A stretch of DNA of 64,000 bases, taken from the sequence record MT478991.1; one strand, given 5' to 3'. The notes below the pieces were generated by a model. The model ran no database searches. It was not told the DNA's origin and worked only from the letters and a program-made list of their open reading frames with translations. The position numbers and the translations under genes are program-made. The DNA is from Escherichia phage vB_EcoM_011D4. Position 1 is the stretch's first letter. Each line of letters starts with the position of its first letter. This document shows, one piece after another, positions 56,797-64,000 of the stretch.

Positions 56797-58029
56797 TTAT
56801 ACTGCCATTTGAGCGGTGATCGCTGGATGGCTTTGATAGTTGTGGATTTTAAAGTCTTTCGGAGTCTTTGTCAATACCTCATCTAAAGATTTAAATTCCG
56901 GCAACTCAATTGTTGGTTTATCAAACGGAACACGGCTTAACTGTTCCATAACTTGATCAAAATGGTTTTTGTAAATGTGAGTATCTCCACCAGAGAAAAT
57001 CAGTTCTCCTACCTCAAGATCACACATTTTCGCTATGATGTGAGTTAACAGCGCATAGCTGGCAACATTAAAGGGCAAGCCCAAAAAGCTGTCTACGCTT
57101 CGCTGAAACCACATACAAGATAGTTTACCTTCATTGACGTAGAATTGCACGAAAGGATGACATACACCTAATACAGCATTATGTGTTCCTTGTACGTTCC
57201 ATGCGTCAATGATAATACGTCTATTATACGGATCATTCTTGATTAAGTCAATCACGTTTTGTAACTGGTCTTCCCAAATCTTCGGGCGATAGACATATTC
57301 TTCATCGTCTTTAGTGCTTGATGTGTCTACGTCCATACTAACAAAGATCGTGGTATCCGGTGCTATAATATCCCCACCCAGATAATCACTATCAAGCAGA
57401 TAACCGAAATAACCATCATCTACCCATTCCTGGAATCCCCACAAGCAATATGCATCATTAACAAAATTAGATTGGGTCTTCCAGTGATCTGCTACTAAGA
57501 ATTGATTATATTCAGAATCAAACTCTTCATAACGCATACCACGCCAGATAGCACATAAACGGTCTTCTGTTTCATTGGTTGGCGTAAAGTCTTCTACCCA
57601 CGGGTGTTTAAATGTATGTGTATATTTGCTATTAACGCGCTTAATTTTGATTTCACCATGTGGATGAATCGGTTTGCGTCGCCACGCCATACCATACATA
57701 TTGCCGACATTATAACCATTGAATCGCAAAGGATTCTTTTCTTTCATATCAAGACAGTTACCGCGCCAAATGTCAAAGGCTTCTTCGTCAAACTTACCGC
57801 GTGTAATTTCCTGTAAGCGACGGCGGTCAAGTGATCCTTCCATAAACCATAGCAACTCGCCAATTACAGAGGCTGTAGCCATCTTTTTAGTAGTCAGTAA
57901 GGGGAAACCCTTGCTTAAATCAATTCGCATCTCTGCACCGAATTTAGAGAGCGTACCGACCCCCGTGCGGTCTTCACGAGGCCAGCCATTATCAAGAACA
58001 TCACGCAACAGTTTCAAATATTCTTTCAT
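56797..58029 (-). CDS. td: thymidylate synthase with ~125-aa internal insertion
   Basis: 410 aa; ThyA motifs DRTGVGT, ELLWF, catalytic GVCHPFVQFYV, GLPFNVASYALL; extra segment between MYGMAWRR and DQLQNVIDLIKNDPYNRR. Confidence 0.85.
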   Translation of the reverse strand: MKEYLKLLRDVLDNGWPREDRTGVGTLSKFGAEMRIDLSKGFPLLTTKKMATASVIGELLWFMEGSLDRRRLQEITRGKFDEEAFDIWRGNCLDMKEKNPLRFNGYNVGNMYGMAWRRKPIHPHGEIKIKRVNSKYTHTFKHPWVEDFTPTNETEDRLCAIWRGMRYEEFDSEYNQFLVADHWKTQSNFVNDAYCLWGFQEWVDDGYFGYLLDSDYLGGDIIAPDTTIFVSMDVDTSSTKDDEEYVYRPKIWEDQLQNVIDLIKNDPYNRRIIIDAWNVQGTHNAVLGVCHPFVQFYVNEGKLSCMWFQRSVDSFLGLPFNVASYALLTHIIAKMCDLEVGELIFSGGDTHIYKNHFDQVMEQLSRVPFDKPTIELPEFKSLDEVLTKTPKDFKIHNYQSHPAITAQMAV

Positions 58030-58270
58030 CCCACTTCACCTTTTTCTTGTTCATTGCTTTCTTACGCAGTTTTGCTACTGTCTCATCAATATCGATAAAG
58101 ACAACACCCGGATCGAATACAGTAACAGGTCTTGAAATATCGCTATTTTCCTGTACCGGAAGCCATGATGCTTCCGCTTCAACATAGGCATATTGTAAGC
58201 CGTAATAATCTACGGCTACTGCGTAGTTTTCACTGGTAGCCGACCATAGTTGAATAATGGTGATTTTCAT
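58001..58270 (-). CDS. hypothetical protein
   Basis: Start at internal MKITIIQLW; TAATG coupling to upstream mini-ORF. Confidence 0.4.
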   Translation of the reverse strand: MKITIIQLWSATSENYAVAVDYYGLQYAYVEAEASWLPVQENSDISRPVTVFDPGVVFIDIDETVAKLRKKAMNKKKVKWDERIFETVA

Positions 58271-58362
58271 TATTGTTCCCTTCCGCAATGTAAACACCGA
58301 CCACCAGCAAACATCAAAGATTCACCACAATGTTTGCACTCATAATCTGTCAGAATTTTCAT
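58270..58362 (-). CDS. 30-aa zinc-ribbon mini-protein
   Basis: MKILTDYECKHCGESLMFAGGRCLHCGREQ; squeezed between frd stop and next start. Confidence 0.3.
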   Translation of the reverse strand: MKILTDYECKHCGESLMFAGGRCLHCGREQ

Positions 58363-58363
58363 G

Positions 58364-58963
58364 TTACGCCTTCTTACGTTCTAAAATTTGTTCGCTGATC
58401 AGGTAATCATCAAGGAAGTAATTATGTTCTTCTTTTGTTACAAAGTCAAAATATAATTCCTGAATCATTTCCTTAGAGATACCAACATCATATTCAAACG
58501 GATCGTTGATTCCTGAACGTTGAACATACGTTAACACAATACGGTCCGCAAAGTCAACTGCTTTTTCAATCAGGGAAGGTCCACCGATAACGCTTACCAT
58601 ACCTTGCAATTTCTCTATGACTTCCAATAAATCCTTCAAACCACCATCATTAGTAATCGCGGTATACACATCAGGCTGTTCGCCGTTTTTTGCTTTCGGT
58701 GCTGGCTTACTGGTATCGGTACTAACAACCACATTCACACGACCTTCCAGTGCTTTAGGAAGACTTTCAAAGGTATTACGTCCCATTACTACCGCCGCAA
58801 GATCAACATCTCCCATAGTGCGCATTTTAAAGTTTTCCATATCTTTTTTGATTGGACGACCCCACGGTAAGCCGCCTTTAAAACCAAACGCCCAATTTTC
58901 ATCCGACATTTTAGTGTCACCAATCGCAAATACACATTGAATCATAATATAATCTCCTGTCAA
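58364..58963 (-). CDS. frd: dihydrofolate reductase
   Basis: 199 aa; GGLPWGRPIKKDMENFK and VIGGPSLIEKA match the DHFR fold; T4 frd position. Confidence 0.9.
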   Translation of the reverse strand: MTGDYIMIQCVFAIGDTKMSDENWAFGFKGGLPWGRPIKKDMENFKMRTMGDVDLAAVVMGRNTFESLPKALEGRVNVVVSTDTSKPAPKAKNGEQPDVYTAITNDGGLKDLLEVIEKLQGMVSVIGGPSLIEKAVDFADRIVLTYVQRSGINDPFEYDVGISKEMIQELYFDFVTKEEHNYFLDDYLISEQILERKKA

Positions 58964-59289
58964 ATCAGTTTAAAGAAGTTTTCGTTTACATTTTCTTCGG
59001 TGATTGCTGTCTTAAATTCTTGACCGTTATCCGGTGTGATGAAATAACGGTCAGAATAATCACGAAAACGTTTTAAGTGAGATACCCCAACATTAACACC
59101 ATTTTCCCAAAAACGAAAGGTAATCATTTTTGGTTCATATCGATAGTCGCTGGTTAACACAGTACCATCACCGCGACGGGCTTCATAAACCGTAATACAT
59201 TCACGATTAGCGGCTTTAAGGCATTCTTCAATAGTGCCACACGAGATAATACTTACTTTTTCATCTACGATTTGCTCTACAGTCCACAT
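58960..59289 (-). CDS. hypothetical protein
   Basis: 109-aa ORF behind early promoter, ATGA-coupled to frd. Confidence 0.5.
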   Translation of the reverse strand: MWTVEQIVDEKVSIISCGTIEECLKAANRECITVYEARRGDGTVLTSDYRYEPKMITFRFWENGVNVGVSHLKRFRDYSDRYFITPDNGQEFKTAITEENVNENFFKLI

Positions 59290-59320
59290 AATATAATCCT
59301 CTCTTCGTTTCGATGTTTGT

Positions 59321-59348
59321 ATTATACATCATCTGTATTCGGTGTCAA
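59321..59348 (-). promoter_or_regulatory. sigma70-type early promoter
   Basis: Minus strand TTGACA-N16-TATAAT. Confidence 0.55.
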
Positions 59349-59674
59349 CCTTTTTGTTCCATGAAAAGCGGTGCTGTTTCTTCTTTCAGTTTAATAACTA
59401 GCGCGGAAACTTCATCAAGAAAATCTTTTTCCATATGAGCAAGCATTGATTTAGAATCTTTGATGACTTTCAAAGAATATTCACTTAGATCTCCTTTTCC
59501 TAACAATAATGCAGGATACACACTATGTGGGATCTCGATTTCATGATATTCGCTCATAGTATAATATTTGTGAATTTTTAAATCTATATTTCTTCGTTGT
59601 ACGTCTACCTCAGCAATGACATACAGAAGTTCGATTTTATCACTTTTCTGGGAAAGGGTAGCATTCAAAAACAT
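59345..59674 (-). CDS. hypothetical protein
   Basis: 109-aa ORF behind early promoter. Confidence 0.5.
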   Translation of the reverse strand: MFLNATLSQKSDKIELLYVIAEVDVQRRNIDLKIHKYYTMSEYHEIEIPHSVYPALLLGKGDLSEYSLKVIKDSKSMLAHMEKDFLDEVSALVIKLKEETAPLFMEQKG

Positions 59675-59703
59675 TGTTAATCCTCCGTTGTTTCGATGAG
59701 CGC

Positions 59704-59731
59704 ATTATACATTACCACATCAGCATGTCAA
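59704..59731 (-). promoter_or_regulatory. sigma70-type early promoter
   Basis: Minus strand TTGACA-N16-TATAAT. Confidence 0.55.
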
Positions 59732-59758
59732 CACCTTTTTCATAAAATTTTAGGCAAT

Positions 59759-59783
59759 AAAAAAGCCTCCCCGAAGGGAGGCT
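59759..59783 (-). terminator. rho-independent terminator after gene 32 (minus strand)
   Basis: Minus strand AGCCTCCC-TTCG-GGGAGGCT + TTTTTTAT. Confidence 0.8.
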
Positions 59784-59793
59784 GTAAAATTCA

Positions 59794-60741
59794 TTAGAGA
59801 TTCAGAAGAGAATCAAGGTCATCCAGATCCGAAGCGGAGGAAGTACCGCCACCCAGGTCCAGAGATGCCATCAGGTCATCAGCGGAAGAACTCGACGCGG
59901 TGATAGCTGAGGTAGTACCAGCGTCGAATGCATTCATCTGAGCATCGAAATCATCAAGCTGGCTGTTAATCGCTGCCGCAGCACTGGAAGCCGCAGCACC
60001 AGCTACCATAGACACGCCCATAGTTTTCTTAAATTTGGTTTCCAGTTCATCAAACGGTTTAAACTGGCTAGGTGCTACAATCTCACCCAGATCAACCATG
60101 TTTTCCATCAGATATTTCTGATATGCTTCGTCTTCAATTTTCGGAAGCTGTGATTGCTGCATGAAACGAGAATCATCATAGTTCTGGTGTTTATCAACCT
60201 TCTTAGCTTTCAGGAGGAAGTTAGCGCCAGAGAACACACAAGTTACATCGACCGGAACTTCGCCCATATCGGTATTCACGTTCACCATTGCAACGATCTT
60301 ATCATAAATTTTCTGACCGAAGCGGAATTTGAATACCTTACCTTCGTTTTCTGGTGCTTGAGGATCTTTCAGTACCAGAATATTTGCGTAGTAAGACGCT
60401 TTACGTTTAATCAGTTGCCATTCGGTTTTATCGGTATTGTACAGATCTTTTTCGTTAATATATTTGCACACCGGGCAAGAATCAAAATCACCGTGGGTGC
60501 TGGAGCAGTTTTCCCAATACCATTTTCCATTAACTTTGAAGGAATGGTTTACCAGTTTCACAATCGGCAGACCGTCTTCTGTCTTAGACGGCAGGAAGCG
60601 AATCAGGGCTTCACCGTTACCCGCTGCATCAGTCTTAATCTTCCACTCTTTCGGATCTTCTTTGGAAAAACCGTTGCCACCTTTCAGTGCGGCCAGTTGA
60701 GCTTGCAGTTTGGAGCTATCTTGACGTTTAAACATATTCAC
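59794..60741 (-). CDS. 32: single-stranded DNA-binding protein gp32
   Basis: 315 aa; zinc site [18 protein letters not shown], acidic Ser/Asp-rich C-terminus; about 65% identical to T4 gp32 by eye. Confidence 0.95.
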   Translation of the reverse strand: MNMFKRQDSSKLQAQLAALKGGNGFSKEDPKEWKIKTDAAGNGEALIRFLPSKTEDGLPIVKLVNHSFKVNGKWYWENCSSTHGDFDSCPVCKYINEKDLYNTDKTEWQLIKRKASYYANILVLKDPQAPENEGKVFKFRFGQKIYDKIVAMVNVNTDMGEVPVDVTCVFSGANFLLKAKKVDKHQNYDDSRFMQQSQLPKIEDEAYQKYLMENMVDLGEIVAPSQFKPFDELETKFKKTMGVSMVAGAAASSAAAAINSQLDDFDAQMNAFDAGTTSAITASSSSADDLMASLDLGGGTSSASDLDDLDSLLNL

Positions 60742-60788
60742 TATTCCTTCTTTTGATTAATTTACTAGACTATTATACAGATTTAAAT

Positions 60789-61382
60789 TTACTTGTCAAA
60801 TACTTTATTAATTATATCTAACAACTTTGGTTTTCTATTTTCAAATTCTAACATTTCTTCGGGAGAAATATCAACTACTTCTGTTTTATGAAAGAAATCA
60901 GGATCTATTGCATCGGCAACAAAATTTCTAGCTAACGCAGCGGCCTTTTCGTAATCATAAAGACCTAGATACAAAAGTTTCCCTCTATCAACCTGAATAC
61001 ATGCTTTATATTTACCATCTCGTTTATAAAAACTTACTCCGATATACTCAGACGTCTTACCTTTTTGCTTTCCAACATTTCTTGAGTTTTGTTGGTCAGT
61101 CGCATCTCTCAAGTTTTCAATCCGATTATCGGTTATAACTCGGTTTACATGGTCAACACATTTTGGCATATATCCATGATGCATGAAGAAAATTATTCTA
61201 TGCTCTTTGTGCAATCGACCATCAAACTTAACTACTCTATATCCAATTCTTGGATTTACATAGCCCGCTCTAGATCCGACTTTATGCTTTCGGTTTGTCG
61301 ATATCTTGCGAATCAGCTTACCGTTATCATATTTAAAGAGTTCATGACAACGAGCATACAATTCAGGATCATATGTTTTCAC
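60789..61382 (-). CDS. HNH homing endonuclease with AP2-type DNA-binding domain
   Basis: 197 aa; HNH core HKEHRIIFFMHHG...VDHVNRVITDNRIENL; AP2-like YIGVSFYKRDGKYKA; inserted between 32 and 59. Confidence 0.75.
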   Translation of the reverse strand: MKTYDPELYARCHELFKYDNGKLIRKISTNRKHKVGSRAGYVNPRIGYRVVKFDGRLHKEHRIIFFMHHGYMPKCVDHVNRVITDNRIENLRDATDQQNSRNVGKQKGKTSEYIGVSFYKRDGKYKACIQVDRGKLLYLGLYDYEKAAALARNFVADAIDPDFFHKTEVVDISPEEMLEFENRKPKLLDIINKVFDK

Positions 61383-62046
61383 CTTTTAACCTCGATATTT
61401 CTTTACACTCTTTAACTACTTTAACAAATAATGTTCTTGCTTTTGCGGCGTCAATAACAAGTAGTTTCTTGTACGCCTTCATTTTAACACTATAAGTTTG
61501 CCAAATCAAGTCTTTGGCTACCTTGTCGTGTTCGTCGATTATATTTAGAAAGCTATCTAACAACATAAACGACTCAAACGATATAATCCGATTTTGCAGT
61601 AGTTTAAAGATACCGCTAGTTTCGGTTGCGGGATTGTATGTAATTAGCTCTTTAAGAGTAACCCCGCGTTTCTCTGAGAAGTATACAAGACTTTTAATGT
61701 CATCGTCAAATCGTGTTGCAGCATCAGTGATCTTACCGATATACTCCATGTAAAATCCGTATGCGTCAACATCAGTGATTTCACCTACCCATGCATCGGT
61801 ATTGGCTACCAGATTGCTTAGGAATAGGAAGTATAATTCTCTTAGATTGTACTTTTCCGCTAATTTCGCGAAATAATACTTATCTCTGCGTTTATTGAAT
61901 GCGGCATCAGACAACCGCATCCTCCAATTGTATTTTACGCAATCATAACGCCCGTTCATGTGAGCTTTCATCATGCAATATAACATATACACAGATTTAG
62001 CATTAATTCGCATATCTGGATCTGGAGGAAGACGGTTTCTGATCAT
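61369..62046 (-). CDS. 59: helicase loader gp59
   Basis: 225 aa; KSVYMLYCMMKAHMNGRYDCVKYNWRMRLSDAAFNKRRDKYYF closely matches T4 gp59. Confidence 0.93.
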   Translation of the reverse strand: MIRNRLPPDPDMRINAKSVYMLYCMMKAHMNGRYDCVKYNWRMRLSDAAFNKRRDKYYFAKLAEKYNLRELYFLFLSNLVANTDAWVGEITDVDAYGFYMEYIGKITDAATRFDDDIKSLVYFSEKRGVTLKELITYNPATETSGIFKLLQNRIISFESFMLLDSFLNIIDEHDKVAKDLIWQTYSVKMKAYKKLLVIDAAKARTLFVKVVKECKEISRLKGENI

Positions 62047-62055
62047 ACATACCCC

Positions 62056-62325
62056 TTAAATATCGAGAGTGTTGGTCGGTTCGTCGATCACTCCCTTCCT
62101 GAGCGTTCTATTTACTATACATTCTTGTGTGATCTTGTCAATAATGGACACCGGAATATATTTCTGATAGTGACCATATTCGATAGAGTTTTCCTCTACA
62201 AACTGCGTTGTCGCTTCAAGATAAGTCAATCCCTCTTCAACAACCAGTTTTTCGATTGCAAGACCGTTTGCTGTTTTGTTCGCGGCTTTTACCGCATGTT
62301 CATTAAGCATTGAACACCCGATCAT
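62056..62325 (-). CDS. 33: late transcription co-activator gp33
   Basis: 89 aa; YLEATTQFVEENSI..KYIP matches T4 gp33; T4 order 59-33-dsbA. Confidence 0.8.
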   Translation of the reverse strand: MIGCSMLNEHAVKAANKTANGLAIEKLVVEEGLTYLEATTQFVEENSIEYGHYQKYIPVSIIDKITQECIVNRTLRKGVIDEPTNTLDI

Positions 62326-62578
62326 AGAGTTCTACTGCTTCGTCGCGTTCTGCTTCGAAGGTTTCGCGCTGTTGCTGGTGATACAGTTTAAACAGAATGC
62401 CCCACATTTTACCATCGACGCCTAATTCTTCTTTAGCACGCTGTTTGATCTCTTTGATCTTATCGCCGTATGCTTCTTGAATGGTTTTCTGATCGCTGGC
62501 TTCTTTAATCAGTTGTGCCAGGGTATTTCCGTGTACATTTTCATCGAATACTACTTTTTCTTTTTTCTGTTCAGTCAT
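62303..62578 (-). CDS. dsbA: double-stranded DNA-binding protein DsbA
   Basis: 91 aa; IKEASD, RAKEELGVDGKM, ELYDRVF match T4 DsbA. Confidence 0.85.
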   Translation of the reverse strand: MTEQKKEKVVFDENVHGNTLAQLIKEASDQKTIQEAYGDKIKEIKQRAKEELGVDGKMWGILFKLYHQQQRETFEAERDEAVELYDRVFNA

Positions 62579-62583
62579 AATAT

Positions 62584-63180
62584 TTAACCCTCTTTCGTCA
62601 TTAATTGAAAACCACGTTCAGCTTTTGAAATTTCGCTAGGACTTAAATCGTCACCAACATATTCTAGCATCATTTCTCGGATAATGTCAAGTGCTTTTTC
62701 ATCACCTGATTTTAACTCGAACTCAAGTTCATAGTGAGCATCTCCCATTACTTCGCCGACTTTGCAATAATAGAAAGTGTCTTTGCACATTTCCACTATA
62801 GCACCCTCAAGGTCAATTGTCAATGACTTGCGGTATGTCATTACTTGCAATAAAGGAACGATAAGGTCGGAGTTTACGCCTAGACTATCAACATAATGAT
62901 AGAAATCATCCATTGTTGAAAAAGTAATTTCTTCTCGGTTGAAGAGTCCAGATTCACTATCACCTATTTTGACCATGATCAATGATCTATTAACGTCAAG
63001 TCGAGCATAAATTCCTTTTCGACGCAGTGCATGATCTTCGGTATCATAATAAAATTCGTGTTTTAGAGTGTTAGCACGATCTACTAGATTGTACCCGTCA
63101 TACATTGCTACCCACAAATCACAGATTGTTTCGACGCCAATTTGTGAGTGTGCATAGTATTTTAATTCAAGTTCTTTCAT
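62584..63180 (-). CDS. CYTH-domain protein (triphosphate tunnel metalloenzyme-like)
   Basis: 198 aa; N-terminal ELELKY (ExExK), HEFYYDTEDHALRRKGIYARLD, C-terminal YELEFELK acidic strands typical of CYTH. Confidence 0.6.
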   Translation of the reverse strand: MKELELKYYAHSQIGVETICDLWVAMYDGYNLVDRANTLKHEFYYDTEDHALRRKGIYARLDVNRSLIMVKIGDSESGLFNREEITFSTMDDFYHYVDSLGVNSDLIVPLLQVMTYRKSLTIDLEGAIVEMCKDTFYYCKVGEVMGDAHYELEFELKSGDEKALDIIREMMLEYVGDDLSPSEISKAERGFQLMTKEG

Positions 63181-63190
63181 ATGTCAACCC

Positions 63191-64000
63191 TTAGAACTCA
63201 CCAATTTTCTGCAACATTTTAACTAACGCATTTGTTACAAAATAGTTATAAATTTTACCGCGTGGTGCTGGTTTAGATTTTTCCCATGCTAACAAAATTT
63301 CATACTCAATGTTATCAGGAATAAATTCAAAATCAATAAGTTCGCGGTTTTCGTCAAAGCGTCGTGCTTCTTCCTCTGTCATCAAAGACTTTGGATCTTC
63401 GGCATCGAAAATTTGCTCTAACCATTTGGTTGCAATTGGTTTAGCTCGTTCACCTTCCAGTCGTGAGATAATGAAATCACTACGGCACTTGATAGAAGCT
63501 ACACCGTCTTTTGCGTCGCCCTTAACACATTTTACCATAAGGTCTTTGTAAGGGCTACCATATTTGCATTTCTTCCATGCTTTCTGTACTGGCGCCCACT
63601 GTTTCACGTTTTTGTATTTGTGCAACTGTGTGTAGTCACCATCACCGGAGTTGATCAGCACCTGGCGACCTTCTACAGAAAACTTTTTAGTTAACACAGC
63701 GATTATATCATCTGCTTCAACTTTGTCAACCTTAATAACGTGATAAGGCATGTTCTCTTTAAACTCTTCGGTGATCTTATTGATCGCAGCAAAGATCATC
63801 TCCCAATCACGCGGATCTGCGTCTCGTTTTTCCTTACGGTTGCGTTTATAGTAAGATGCGATATCACGTCGCCAGTAACCTTTGCTTGAATCAAAGGCAA
63901 GTACCGTAATTGGGTATTGCTCTTTGAATTTTGTCATATTATAACGCATGGTGTCAAGGATAAGATGACGGATCATGCCTTCATTAATAGGATCTTCCGG
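63191..64000 (-). CDS. rnh: RNase H / 5'-3' exonuclease (FEN), 5' end outside window
   Basis: MIRHLIL...GYWRRD...EADDIIAVL...INSGDGDYTQLHKY match T4 RNase H; frame stays open to the window edge. Confidence 0.9.
   Translation of the reverse strand, partial: PEDPINEGMIRHLILDTMRYNMTKFKEQYPITVLAFDSSKGYWRRDIASYYKRNRKEKRDADPRDWEMIFAAINKITEEFKENMPYHVIKVDKVEADDIIAVLTKKFSVEGRQVLINSGDGDYTQLHKYKNVKQWAPVQKAWKKCKYGSPYKDLMVKCVKGDAKDGVASIKCRSDFIISRLEGERAKPIATKWLEQIFDAEDPKSLMTEEEARRFDENRELIDFEFIPDNIEYEILLAWEKSKPAPRGKIYNYFVTNALVKMLQKIGEF

Noticed and set aside
57310-57685. Intein in thymidylate synthase
   Set aside because: The insert does not start with Cys/Ser, does not end with His-Asn followed by Cys/Ser/Thr, and is shorter than typical inteins; an inserted domain is more likely.

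Overview
This 64-kb window is a T4-like myovirus genome segment; gene order and protein sequences track phage T4 closely. Calls are from reading the six-frame translations and the DNA by eye, with no database searches run; coordinates I derived by hand may be off by 1-2 nt. Positions 1-16.9 kb (+ strand) hold the late structural module: gp12 C-terminus, fibritin wac, neck gp13/14, gp15, terminase gp16/17, tail sheath gp18, tube gp19, portal gp20, prohead core gp67/68, protease gp21, scaffold gp22, major capsid gp23 and vertex gp24, with TATAAATA late promoters and hairpin terminators. 16.9-31 kb holds a SLOG/DprA-like gene, hoc, an inh-like gene, uvsW, uvsW.1, uvsY and the baseplate hub block gp25-26 and gp51-27-28-29-48-54. 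From 31 kb to the end almost everything is on the minus strand: two ADP-ribosyltransferases (alt plus a shorter paralogue), an ~11-kb hyperplastic region of small early genes each behind a sigma70-type promoter that often carries a GC-rich palindrome between -35 and -10, then ligase, a NADAR protein, gp31, cd, pseT, spanin candidates, rnlA, denA, nrdB/nrdA, a frameshifted DNA methyltransferase, td with a large insertion, frd, gp32, a homing endonuclease, gp59, gp33, dsbA, a CYTH-domain protein and rnh (5' end outside the window). The most novel-looking candidates are a five-gene early operon pairing a compact C5-methyltransferase-like enzyme with a stand-alone DUF262 protein, a six-member tandem array of ~100-aa paralogues sharing an HxHW motif, and the CYTH and NADAR genes inserted into the conserved replication backbone.
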